A stretch of 64,000 bases of DNA from Myxococcota bacterium (GTDB taxonomy: Bacteria; Myxococcota_A; Bradymonadia; UBA7976; UBA1532): NCBI GenBank assembly GCA_036337435.1, contig JAYZEG010000001.1, positions 1 through 64,000 of the forward strand, in the 5' to 3' direction. The translations under genes and the position numbers were made by a program. Shown here piece after piece: positions 47,499-56,891 of the stretch; position 1 is the first letter of the stretch, and the number at the start of each line of letters is the position of its first letter. The notes beneath the pieces are model-generated. The model did not search any database. It was not told where the DNA came from and saw only the letters and a list, made by a program, of their open reading frames with translations.

Positions 47499-48551
47499 TT
47501 ATGCGATAGTGACCTTGGGGTCGAGGTAGACGTCTTGGACGGCATTTAAGAGCTGAACACCCTCAGCGACGGGGCGCTGAAACGCCTTCCGGCCAAGGAT
47601 TAGGCCCATGCCGCCAGCGCGCTTATTGATGATGGCTGTCTTCACGGCATCAGCGAAGTCATTGTCGCCGCTCGCACCACCCGAATTGATCAAGCCATTG
47701 CGGCCCATGTAACAATGAGCGACTTGGTATCGACAGAGGTCGATGGGGTGGTCAGTACAAAGGCTGTTGTACATACACGGGTGGGTTTTGACAAAACCAA
47801 TGTTAGAGAAGCCGCCATTATTGGTGGGCATCTTTTGTTTAATGATATCTGCCTTGATGGTGACACCGAGATGATTTGCCTGAGACGTCAGGTCCGCTGC
47901 CGTATGGTAATCGACACCATCTTTTTTGAACCCGCTATTTCGTGTGTAGCACCATAGGATTGTGAATAGACCAAGGCTATTGGCCTCCTCAAACGCTTCT
48001 GCAATTTCGATCAGTTGCCGATTGCTGTCTTCGCTCCCGAAATAAATGGTGGCGCCAACGCCAACAGCACCCATATCGAATGCCTGTTGGACACTCCCAA
48101 ACGAAATCTGCTCATAGGTTTGGGGATAGGTCATCAACTCATTGTGATTGAGCTTGACGATGTATGGAATCCGATGAGCATACTTACGCGCCGTCGATGC
48201 GAGTACGCCGAGAGTTGACGCGACGCCGCTGCAACCACTCTCAATGGCTAACTCAACGATTTTTGCCGGATCAAAATAAATGGGATTGGGCGCGAACGAT
48301 GCGCCAGCCGTATGCTCAATGCCTTGATCTACGGGCAGGATCGACAGGTAGCCACTGCCACCTAAACGACCTGTGTCCCACATCCATTGCAAGTTGCGCA
48401 GAACCGGATTGGGTCGATCCGACTCCAAGACGACCCGTTCAATAAAGTCTGGACCGGGTAAATAAAGATTTTCTGCGGAGATCGTCGAACATTTGTGTTC
48501 GAGAAGATCGGCTGCGTCGTGACCAAGAAGCTCGCTGTAATCCAAAGCCAT
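47499..48551 (-). CDS. fbaB: Class I fructose-bisphosphate aldolase (DhnA/FbaB)
   Basis: [33 protein letters not shown] (Schiff-base Lys), [15 protein letters not shown]. Confidence 0.93.
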   Translation of the reverse strand: MALDYSELLGHDAADLLEHKCSTISAENLYLPGPDFIERVVLESDRPNPVLRNLQWMWDTGRLGGSGYLSILPVDQGIEHTAGASFAPNPIYFDPAKIVELAIESGCSGVASTLGVLASTARKYAHRIPYIVKLNHNELMTYPQTYEQISFGSVQQAFDMGAVGVGATIYFGSEDSNRQLIEIAEAFEEANSLGLFTILWCYTRNSGFKKDGVDYHTAADLTSQANHLGVTIKADIIKQKMPTNNGGFSNIGFVKTHPCMYNSLCTDHPIDLCRYQVAHCYMGRNGLINSGGASGDNDFADAVKTAIINKRAGGMGLILGRKAFQRPVAEGVQLLNAVQDVYLDPKVTIA

Positions 48552-48827
48552 TGTACGTTCCTAAGGTAAGCAGGTTGGTTTGTGGTGCCAGGTCTATCAA
48601 ATCGGGTGATGAGCAGCAAGCCGTTCGATGGTCTATTTTGTGCTTTTGAAGCACGTCTATGTGACCTGCATTGGTCTTCGCTGCCGATCCAAGATGCTTC
48701 ATATGAGGATGAACTGAGCTCATGACAGCCCCTTCAATCATGGTTTTGAGCAGATAAAATGAGTTGGGGGCTTGCATTTCAGAATGCCGTGTCTAGTGTC
48801 GGTGCCGGGATCAACAAGGAGAAGACA

Positions 48828-49682
48828 ATGGATGAGCAGACGTACGTCTTTAACGCAGGCGATGCAGATTTTCAGGAGCGGGTACTCATCCGAAGCCAAG
48901 AGGTGCCGGTGCTTCTCGATTGTTGGGCGACGTGGTGTGGCCCATGTAAGACAATCGGACCCATCCTCGAGAGCCTTGCGAAGGAATATGAGGGTCGCTT
49001 TGAACTGGTCAAGGTTGACATCGACAAGGCACCACAGGTTGCGATGGCACTGCGTATCCAATCTGTGCCGACCGTCTACCTCTTCAAAGGGGGTCGCCCC
49101 GTGGACGGATTTCAAGGTGCGCAGCCTGAATCGGCGATTCGCGCCTTGGTCGAGCGACATGTCGAAGCGCCTGAAGTGCCGCCTATTGAATTGGCAAGAC
49201 GTGCTTTAGAGCGAGGTGATACCGACGCTGCAGCCGGCAATTTCCGCACCGTATTAGAAGATGATGCAGACAATGGGGAAGCACTCATTGGAATGGCCCG
49301 ACTCGCACTCGGACACGGCGACGAAGGTGCTGCAGTCGGTTGGTTGGACAAGATCACTGAAGCAAATCCGATGTACTCCAACGCAGAAAAGCTCCGCGGG
49401 GTTCTTAACTTTTCAATCGACGCGGGCGACTTAAAGACGCTCCTTACTGCAATTGAGCATGATCCCAAAGATGTTGACGCCTGGTATAAACTGGGAGCGA
49501 CCTACGCTGTCGCCGGTGAAATGAGCGATGCACTCAACTCATTTCTGGAGGTTGTCAAACAGGATCGTAGCTTCCGCGATGATGGTGGACGGAAAGCAAT
49601 GCTCTCCCTGTTCGAAGCCGTTGGCATGGATGATCCGCTGGTCATCACACATCGAAAACGTCTCGCAGCCTACTTGTTCTAG
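48828..49682 (+). CDS. cnoX: Thioredoxin-TPR chaperedoxin (YbbN/CnoX family)
   Basis: PVLLDCWATWCGPC, IQSVPTVYLFKGGRPVDGFQGAQPES, TPR helices, DDGGRK.ML..FE...R.RLA..LF. ATG at 48828 after AGGAG. Confidence 0.85.
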   Translation: MDEQTYVFNAGDADFQERVLIRSQEVPVLLDCWATWCGPCKTIGPILESLAKEYEGRFELVKVDIDKAPQVAMALRIQSVPTVYLFKGGRPVDGFQGAQPESAIRALVERHVEAPEVPPIELARRALERGDTDAAAGNFRTVLEDDADNGEALIGMARLALGHGDEGAAVGWLDKITEANPMYSNAEKLRGVLNFSIDAGDLKTLLTAIEHDPKDVDAWYKLGATYAVAGEMSDALNSFLEVVKQDRSFRDDGGRKAMLSLFEAVGMDDPLVITHRKRLAAYLF

Positions 49683-49781
49683 GCAAAACGCGCCATTGAA
49701 CCAGACCCAGCCTATTTGTAAGTTACCGCGGCCCTTGGTATAGGCCACTGTGGGGTCAATGGGTTTTGAGGGACTGTAATT

Positions 49782-50852
49782 TTGTACGAACAACAGTGGT
49801 TTTCGAGTAGCTATTCAGAGGCCAGACAGCGCTTTATCGAACTGGTCGCGCGAGAAGAGGGTATTCATACCCAATTGCCCATTGCAGCCCGTGGACCCGA
49901 TGGCGATTCCTTATCGATCGATATCGGATGGTTTGGCTCAATCCAGCCCACACGGGCCATCCTGCATATCTCAGGCACCCATGGTGTCGAAGGGTTTGCC
50001 GGGTCCGCCATTCAGTTAGCAGCCATCGCAAACAAGGTGTGTGTACCGGACGACGGAGATGCCATTATCTTCGTCCATGTACTGAATCCGTACGGTATGG
50101 CTTGGCTTCGCCGAGTCAACGAGAACAACGTCGACCTCAACCGAAATTTTCTGCCTGACAATGCGCCCTATGATGGCGTATCCGATGGCTACAAAGCCAT
50201 GCATTCAACCCTGAATCCGCAGAGTGGTCCCCGCTTTGATTTCTTCTTGCTCAGAAGCCTAGCCAAAATTATTCAGCACGGTTACAGCACGTTGAAACAG
50301 GCGATCACAGAAGGCCAATATGTCTATCCACGGGGATTGTTTTTCGGTGGAAAACAGCTTGAAGAAGGACCCAGGACGTACCTGGATTGGCTGGAGAAAA
50401 GCCTTGGACGCGTCGATTCAGTCTGCGCTATCGATGTCCATACGGGTCTCGGCAAATCGGGCGAAGACACCCTCCTCATCGATGCAGGCAAGGACGACCC
50501 GTCTTATCAACATCTAGCGAGAATTTTTGGAGACCGAATCGCTCCATGGGATGCCGACCAATCGATCGCATATCAGATAAACGGCGGACACCCAGCGGCT
50601 GTATGTCGTCAACTGGGGTCGGCGGAGGTTGATTTCATCACCCAGGAATTTGGCACCATCGCCGGCTTGAAGGTGCTTTATGCGCTGAGACAAGAAAACC
50701 GCTGGCATCAATGGGGAAATGGAGATTTGAAACACAGTTCGAAACAAGGGCTGCTCGATGCTTTTAGGCCGGATACGGACCGCTGGCGGGCATCTGTTCT
50801 TCGGCGGGGTATAGAACTCTTACAACAGGTCCAAAAACACACGTTCAAGTAA
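49782..50852 (+). CDS. DUF2817 / M14-family zinc peptidase-like hydrolase
   Basis: SGTHGVEG (HxxE), LNPYG, RRVNENNVDLNRNF, IDVHTGLG, EFGT. Confidence 0.8.
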   Translation: MYEQQWFSSSYSEARQRFIELVAREEGIHTQLPIAARGPDGDSLSIDIGWFGSIQPTRAILHISGTHGVEGFAGSAIQLAAIANKVCVPDDGDAIIFVHVLNPYGMAWLRRVNENNVDLNRNFLPDNAPYDGVSDGYKAMHSTLNPQSGPRFDFFLLRSLAKIIQHGYSTLKQAITEGQYVYPRGLFFGGKQLEEGPRTYLDWLEKSLGRVDSVCAIDVHTGLGKSGEDTLLIDAGKDDPSYQHLARIFGDRIAPWDADQSIAYQINGGHPAAVCRQLGSAEVDFITQEFGTIAGLKVLYALRQENRWHQWGNGDLKHSSKQGLLDAFRPDTDRWRASVLRRGIELLQQVQKHTFK

Positions 50853-50956
50853 ATCCAAACGGTCTCTTCGCACCGAGGCTAATCAGCTTGGAGTATTGTT
50901 TAAGACCCATCGACCTTACAGCAAACCGGCGGTTGTCAACGCTGCCTTAGACAGAC

Positions 50957-52435
50957 TCAACTTTTCTCGACCGCGGTCCGCCACCCAGTCAATGCACAAG
51001 CGACCTCGCCTTCGGAGAGGGTCCGTTGAAAGCGCGCATTCTCTTGCCATGCCTCTTTGACGGCACCCAGGTCAGCCCAAACGCCCACAGCGAGTCCAGC
51101 AAGAAATGCCGCGCCGAGTGCTGTGGTCTCGAGCATGGTTGGTCTCACCAGTTCGACGCCGAGAAGGTCGGCCTGAAATTGCATGAGCAAATCGTTGGCG
51201 GCAGCCCCTCCGTCGACCTTCAATTGGGTCAACGGCCGATTCAGATCCTGGCTCATGGCATGAAGTATATCGTAGTTCTGAAACGCAATGCCTTCGAGTG
51301 CTGCACGGGCGATATGGGCTTTTGTCGTGCCGCGAGTAATGCCCGTGATGAGACCCCGCGCATCCGGTCTCCAATGAGGCGTACCCAAGCCCGTCAAAGC
51401 AGGGACAAAATAGACCCCGCCTGTGTCGTCCACTTGATTCGCTAAAGCTTCCACCTCAGGTGCAGTCTCGATCAACTCAAGCCCATCTCGTAACCATTGA
51501 ACTGCGGCCCCTGCGATGAATGCGGACCCCTCTAACGCGTAGGTAACATCATCTCCAATCTGCCAGCCCACTGTCGTTAGCAAACCGTTTTGACTTGGAA
51601 CGGCTTCGTCACCTGTATTCATCAGAAGAAACGCACCTGTGCCATAGGTGCACTTTGCCTCGCCTAAACCAAAGCATGCTTGTCCAAACAAAGCGGACTG
51701 TTGATCCCCGGCCATGCCCGCCACAGGAATTCCATCAGGGAGTCCAGGAAAGCCGCGTGTTGTCCCATAGACCTCGCTACAACTGCGAATCTCAGGCAGA
51801 ATGCAACGGGGTACATTGATGAGGTCGAGAAGGTCATCGTCCCATTGGCGCGTATGCAAATTCATTAGCATTGTACGGCTTGCATTGGAGACATCCGTGA
51901 CATGGCTCCGACCGGATGTGAGTTTCCAAACAAGAAAAGAGTCTATGGTTCCGAATGCGAGCTCACCTCGGGTCGCTCGCTGCCGAGCTCCGGGGACATT
52001 GTCGAGTAGCCAGGCTGCTTTTGTCCCCGAAAAATACGCATCGATGACCAACCCCGTTCGCTCTCGGATGAGCGGCCCATGACCGCCTTTAGCCAAGGTT
52101 TCGCACACACCAGCTGTACGGCGACATTGCCAAACGATGGCATTGTGGATGGCATCGCCCGTCTCTCTATCCCAAATCACAGCTGTTTCACGTTGATTGG
52201 TGATGCCAATCCCGGCAATTTGATCTGTTGCGATGCCAGCGTCCACAACCGCGCCACCAACGGCGGCAACAACGGAGTCCCAAATGGCAGCAGGCTCATG
52301 CTCAACCCAGCCTGGTTGTGGATAGATTTGAGCAAATTCGACTGTATGACGTCCAAGGACAGCCAGCGAACTGTCCAAAATGAGAACGGTTGTTCCCGTC
52401 GTTCCCTGGTCGATGGCCATTACATATTTGCTCAT
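50957..52435 (-). CDS. glpK: Glycerol kinase
   Basis: AIDQGTT, GITNQRET, AIVWQCRRT, YFSGTK, TDVSNASRT, GDQQSALFGQ, KCTYGTGAF, VDGGA..N. Confidence 0.97.
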   Translation of the reverse strand: MSKYVMAIDQGTTGTTVLILDSSLAVLGRHTVEFAQIYPQPGWVEHEPAAIWDSVVAAVGGAVVDAGIATDQIAGIGITNQRETAVIWDRETGDAIHNAIVWQCRRTAGVCETLAKGGHGPLIRERTGLVIDAYFSGTKAAWLLDNVPGARQRATRGELAFGTIDSFLVWKLTSGRSHVTDVSNASRTMLMNLHTRQWDDDLLDLINVPRCILPEIRSCSEVYGTTRGFPGLPDGIPVAGMAGDQQSALFGQACFGLGEAKCTYGTGAFLLMNTGDEAVPSQNGLLTTVGWQIGDDVTYALEGSAFIAGAAVQWLRDGLELIETAPEVEALANQVDDTGGVYFVPALTGLGTPHWRPDARGLITGITRGTTKAHIARAALEGIAFQNYDILHAMSQDLNRPLTQLKVDGGAAANDLLMQFQADLLGVELVRPTMLETTALGAAFLAGLAVGVWADLGAVKEAWQENARFQRTLSEGEVACALTGWRTAVEKS

Positions 52436-52447
52436 GGTGTCACCCCC

Positions 52448-53242
52448 TCAATCAATTAGACCTAAACGCTCCGGTGCTCTCAAAAAATCAAGTATATCGG
52501 CTTCAACGTGTTCATGCTCGACATCCAATGGGAGGATATGCCAGCTTTTTGGGTAAATGATCAAGCGGCGGTTCGGCGTCTGCAGGAGATCATAGAAGAC
52601 TCGAGCATTGCGAACGGGTGCGACATGATCGCCGCGCCCGTGTAGGACGAGGACGGGAACGCTTAAACGCCGCGCCCGGTCAGCCGCCACCACTTGGCCA
52701 TCCAGCATGCTGGCTGCCGAGCTGAGGGGCGTACGGTCGTAACTGGGCATGGATGCAGCAATGGCCGGATCCGACACATCCGGTCCATTGGCTTTCTTCG
52801 CAAACGGATAGACCGCTGCAATGGGAATCTTGCGCGCCAACGACAAGACCGTCTGGCTTTTTAAATCGAGTTCGAGGGGGACTGCCATAGCCACGAGCCC
52901 ACCAACCCGTTGCCCGCGTTCTTGGGCGATCACCGTCGAGAGCAGAGCCCCCATTGAAAAGCCAATAATAAAAACTTTTTCATGACCAGCCGATAGCTCA
53001 TCGAACGACTGACGAGCTGCAACCAGCCAATCATTCCAACCCGTGTAACGTAAATGATTCGGCGTGGTGCCATGACCGGGTAGCAAGGGTACACTGACGT
53101 CATAGCCTTGTTCGGACAGCGCGCGCGCCAGAGGGCCGAAGGTGTACGGGCTTCCCGTCAAACCATGAAGAAGTAAAACGCCCGGCCCCTTTCCGGGGTA
53201 TCGGAGGGGGCGGGCGCGAGGATTAATTGAAAGTCCAGCCAT
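52448..53242 (-). CDS. Alpha/beta carboxylesterase (monoacylglycerol lipase / Est30-like)
   Basis: VLLLHGLTGSP, LPGHGT, GFSMGA (GxSxG), DHVA, SWHIL (catalytic His). Confidence 0.8.
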   Translation of the reverse strand: MAGLSINPRARPLRYPGKGPGVLLLHGLTGSPYTFGPLARALSEQGYDVSVPLLPGHGTTPNHLRYTGWNDWLVAARQSFDELSAGHEKVFIIGFSMGALLSTVIAQERGQRVGGLVAMAVPLELDLKSQTVLSLARKIPIAAVYPFAKKANGPDVSDPAIAASMPSYDRTPLSSAASMLDGQVVAADRARRLSVPVLVLHGRGDHVAPVRNARVFYDLLQTPNRRLIIYPKSWHILPLDVEHEHVEADILDFLRAPERLGLID

Positions 53243-53310
53243 TGGGGCTGCCTAGCACAATGAGCCTATTGGAACAACTCTCGTCAAGGAATTGTCACCG
53301 TCGTTTCCCT

Positions 53311-54975
53311 TTAAGAACGCAGGGAACGAACTCGACGGTGCAGTGGCCAAAGACAGAGCAATGCAAACCACATTAGCCCTGATGACTGGTCGTGATCCGC
53401 TGAACTACATGCGCAACCGGTGTTGGACCCTACGGCTAATTTCTCGCTAATTTCAGGGCGGTTATCGGTGACAACCTGCGTCTGTCCTGCGGGCATCTGA
53501 ATCTCGATGACCGACGCACCGGGCACGTCTGATTGACGAATTGTTTCACCTTCCTGTCGGACAATCACATTGGGATTGGCACCATCTCGCTCACGAAAAC
53601 TGAGCCCACTTTCCGTCTCGATGATCGCATTGTCCCAGTCTGGGCGACCCAGGACGCATGATACGCGGCGCACAGCATTGTAGACGTTTGATTGACTCTC
53701 CAAATCTCGGTTCCATGCAAAGACCGGGTCAAGAGTCATCTCCTCCGGACTCATGGTGGAATAAAGCCTTGTGAGATACGGATTTCTGCTAAATAAGTCT
53801 CCAATACCCTGTCGCACGTCATTAATTTCTGACTCGATTCGCGCCAGTAATGCATCGGTGTCGACGTCGATTAAGTCGGCGGAAGGGCTGCCTTCGAATC
53901 GTCGGGGTCGCATTAAGAATTCATTGATATCGATGGTCTCCGGGAGTGAGATCACGCCCCGGGCGATCCGGGCTAGGTCGCTGTCATTCTGGTTTAGTTC
54001 AGATCTCAGAATTGACTCGATTCGACTCCAGAGAAAAGCACCATCATCAGTGGGTTCAATCCGTCGAATGGCATCGAGTGCGTCCTCGCTAACAGTCGCC
54101 AGAAATACAGCATTTTCATGGGGTCCAGCAAAATCGGTCACGAAGGCTTGTCCGCCGGCTTCATCGACAGCCTGACTGACAACATCTGGGTAATTTGAAC
54201 CACGATTACGCCAATCGATGGTCGATTCATTAATGGTTACGTGGCGGTAATTCGTCGACACCCCTCGGGCATCTGCCAGCAAGTGTACAATGATGCCCAT
54301 ATCGGGATTGGCTGCCACCGATGTTGGCACGATGGGCACCGCTGGAATGTCACCTGCAAAACGCAAACTCAACGGCTGGACATCACCGCTGTCAGCGGCT
54401 GGGAGAAGCTTCAGCGCAATGAACGCACTGCCCATTTCAACATAGGGCGAGAGGGTTGCATCAGCTGCATCGGGAATTTGATATTCGTTTGCATCGAGCC
54501 AGTCTCGTAATGCGTCAACAGACGTCGGGAGGAGAACCGATAGGTCATAGGGTCCAACAGCCTCTCGGGATAAAACTGCCACCGAGTCAGCCTCGTCATT
54601 TTGCACACCAGCGTCTGCCCCTCCTGCTTCAAATAGCTCTGGTTCCGAGCCATTCCGAGCATCGAAGCTACAGTCATCATCAACTTCTGTTCTCAGATTA
54701 AACCGAGGCCCAAACTGAGTATCCAGCCGAGTGAATAACTGGTCGGTCGACAAACCGTATTCTACATCCCGAGGCACTGGTAAGAGCCAGCCAAACTCAG
54801 TGGGTGGGCCTTGATAGGTGATCCGAACATGCATCTCTAAGCCGTCGTCGATCTTCGAGAATAAAATCCGCTCGGCGGCCTGATTGACGGGCGTTCGCGC
54901 GTTACAAAAAAGGCCACCACAGGCGAGAACGGCCGCTGGTGAAAGTAAGAAAAAGAGAACCAATATATAGGGCAT
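53311..54975 (-). CDS. DUF2330-domain cell-surface protein with a MYXO-CTERM sorting tail (paralog A)
   Basis: Signal, then ACGGLFC..PVNQAAERILF, ITYQGPP.EFGWLLPVP, VGPYD, WL..NEY, F.ALKL, PYLTRLYSTMSPEEM. Tail TGCACSS...LMWFALLCLWPLHRRVR. ATG at 54975. Confidence 0.8.
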   Translation of the reverse strand: MPYILVLFFLLSPAAVLACGGLFCNARTPVNQAAERILFSKIDDGLEMHVRITYQGPPTEFGWLLPVPRDVEYGLSTDQLFTRLDTQFGPRFNLRTEVDDDCSFDARNGSEPELFEAGGADAGVQNDEADSVAVLSREAVGPYDLSVLLPTSVDALRDWLDANEYQIPDAADATLSPYVEMGSAFIALKLLPAADSGDVQPLSLRFAGDIPAVPIVPTSVAANPDMGIIVHLLADARGVSTNYRHVTINESTIDWRNRGSNYPDVVSQAVDEAGGQAFVTDFAGPHENAVFLATVSEDALDAIRRIEPTDDGAFLWSRIESILRSELNQNDSDLARIARGVISLPETIDINEFLMRPRRFEGSPSADLIDVDTDALLARIESEINDVRQGIGDLFSRNPYLTRLYSTMSPEEMTLDPVFAWNRDLESQSNVYNAVRRVSCVLGRPDWDNAIIETESGLSFRERDGANPNVIVRQEGETIRQSDVPGASVIEIQMPAGQTQVVTDNRPEISEKLAVGSNTGCACSSADHDQSSGLMWFALLCLWPLHRRVRSLRS

Positions 54976-55040
54976 AAATTCATCTCCCAAACGCATTGCA
55001 GATGACCAGACGCATAGGCTGCTAAGTCTTACACAAATTA

Positions 55041-55103
55041 TTGACCCCGCCCTGATTTTTTTTAGATACTTTCGAAGAGGAGGCCAAAGCCCAAGTGGGC
55101 TTT
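55041..55103 (+). promoter_or_regulatory. Putative promoter plus palindromic operator between the divergent DUF2330 genes
   Basis: TTGACC (55041-46), 18 nt spacer, GATACT (55065-70); AAAGCCCA-ag-TGGGCTTT inverted repeat (55086-55103). Confidence 0.45.
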
Positions 55104-55139
55104 AGGACAAATTCAATGCTCGAGGGAGGAACTGGGGAC

Positions 55140-56891
55140 ATGGCTAAACTAAACGTGATCACTGCTTTTTGGATTGGGCTCATCGCACCCTCCTTAGCCG
55201 CTGCGTGTGGTGGTTTTTTCTGTAATGCCCAACCTGTGGATCAACAGGCTGAAAGGATCATTTTCGTTCAGGAAGATGAGAATACGATCACCAGTTACGT
55301 GGAGATCCAATATCAAGGTGCGCCAGACGCGTTTGCCTGGATCGTCCCCGTGCCCGCTGTTCCGGATCTCGACACCTGGCAGTCGATGGCGTTTAACGCA
55401 TTGGACTTGGTGACAGAGCCACAATGGAACTTCCAAGACGATTGTTTTTTCCTGGAAGCCGACGCGCCGGCTGCCAATGGTGGTGCTGAAGACGGCGGTG
55501 ACCCGGTGATCGTCTTGGACCAACAACGTGTTGGCCCGTTCGATACGGTTACACTTCAATCCGCAGACCCACGAGAACTTGTACAGTGGCTCAGAGACAA
55601 TGAATATCGAATCGTGCCTGCTATGGAACCTTTCATTGCCCTATACACGGCAGAGAACATGAAGTTTCTAGCTATGAAACTGGCTCCGGGCGAAGACACC
55701 GATGCAATTCAGCCCATTAAGATGACCTACGCGGCCGCCAATCCTGCCATCCCCCTCCGGCTCACAGCCGTGGCAGCCCAACTCGAAATGGGTGTGAAAG
55801 TTTGGATTCTCGGCGACCAGAAATATGGGCCACGAAATGTACCTGATATCGCCATCGGCGACGATGACGTGGTGATGGACTTCAATCGATGGGAGAACAA
55901 TTACTTGCCTTTGGTGGCAAGGAAGGTCGATGCCGCGGGTGGGAAGGGATTCGTCACAGAACTCGCCGAACCGACAGAAAGACTCGTCGAGATTGTCCGC
56001 GAAAGCTTCGTACCCGATCGGGTGGGCCAAGAGGGGATTGACGCCCGTAATGCCCTGGCTGACCTCTTAGCCAGCAAGCCCTATATCACCCGTTTATACA
56101 CGCGACTTAGCCCTGAAGAGATGGACATCGACCCGATCTTTCAGCGGGTTGACGGCCCGGATGTGTCGAACATTCATGTCATTGAAGCCGAGCGAAACGG
56201 TGAGGAAGAAAACCTGTGCGCCAATGGCGAGATTCCTGAGGTGGATGCGTGTGCCTTTGAAGCGTGCGGAGCAGGTGGTCTTTGTGCTGAACTCGATGAA
56301 GCGCGAGGGCGGCAGCGCGCTGGATGTGCTTGCGTGGACGGCACCATCGCAAGGGCTGGTTTTGACCCACAGGGACGCCAAATTGTGTCTTGTGGAGATG
56401 CGCGCATTGATTTTAGCAGCGCGCCCGCCGACTCAGGACAAATCCAATTTCCGAATCTTTGTTCGTCGGGGAACTTCTGTGGCCAAAACGGCGAGTGCCT
56501 GACTTTAAATGGATTCCCGGCATGCCGGTGTCAACAGGGCTTCGTCGCCGTCGCCAATCTTGATGACCAAGGTATGCTCACGCCCACTTGTGTCGCATCT
56601 GCAGCGTCTAATGAACTCAATCTGTCGAGCATCGATTTACGGGAGCCCAATCTGCCCTATCCGGGACGAGTTACGGAAATGGACCCAATGCCAGTGGACA
56701 TGGTGGACGAGCCAATGGATATGACTCAAGACCCCATCGACCCGGCGACTCGACCTCAAGGTATGATGACATCGAGCGGCAGTGACGGTGGCTGTCAAAG
56801 CCAGGGACCACAGTCGGGTTCGCTCTGGTTGCTTATGGCACTCGTTGGCCTGTGGAGAGTCAGAAAGCCCAGCTTCAGCAGCGATTACTGA
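55140..56891 (+). CDS. DUF2330-domain cell-surface protein with Cys-rich EGF-like modules and a MYXO-CTERM tail (paralog B)
   Basis: ACGGFFC..PVDQQAERIIF, IQYQGAP..FAWIVPVP, FLAMKL, PYITRLYTRLSPEEM; EGF-like CGAGGLC...CACVDG and CGQNGEC.TLNG.PACRCQQG; tail DGGCQS...LWLLMALVGLWRVRK. ATG at 55140. Confidence 0.8.
   Translation: MAKLNVITAFWIGLIAPSLAAACGGFFCNAQPVDQQAERIIFVQEDENTITSYVEIQYQGAPDAFAWIVPVPAVPDLDTWQSMAFNALDLVTEPQWNFQDDCFFLEADAPAANGGAEDGGDPVIVLDQQRVGPFDTVTLQSADPRELVQWLRDNEYRIVPAMEPFIALYTAENMKFLAMKLAPGEDTDAIQPIKMTYAAANPAIPLRLTAVAAQLEMGVKVWILGDQKYGPRNVPDIAIGDDDVVMDFNRWENNYLPLVARKVDAAGGKGFVTELAEPTERLVEIVRESFVPDRVGQEGIDARNALADLLASKPYITRLYTRLSPEEMDIDPIFQRVDGPDVSNIHVIEAERNGEEENLCANGEIPEVDACAFEACGAGGLCAELDEARGRQRAGCACVDGTIARAGFDPQGRQIVSCGDARIDFSSAPADSGQIQFPNLCSSGNFCGQNGECLTLNGFPACRCQQGFVAVANLDDQGMLTPTCVASAASNELNLSSIDLREPNLPYPGRVTEMDPMPVDMVDEPMDMTQDPIDPATRPQGMMTSSGSDGGCQSQGPQSGSLWLLMALVGLWRVRKPSFSSDY

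Noticed and set aside
48700..48827. CIRCE or sigma32 heat-shock element upstream of cnoX
   Set aside because: No TTAGCACTC-N9-GAGTGCTAA and no CCCCAT -10; only a possible TTGCAT-N16-TAGTGT promoter.
15784..56891. A bona fide traA-traB outer-membrane-exchange locus
   Set aside because: The TraB-like gene has no adjacent traA, and the MYXO-CTERM proteins lie about 35 kb away with DUF2330 rather than the TraA variable domain; only architectural analogy is supported.
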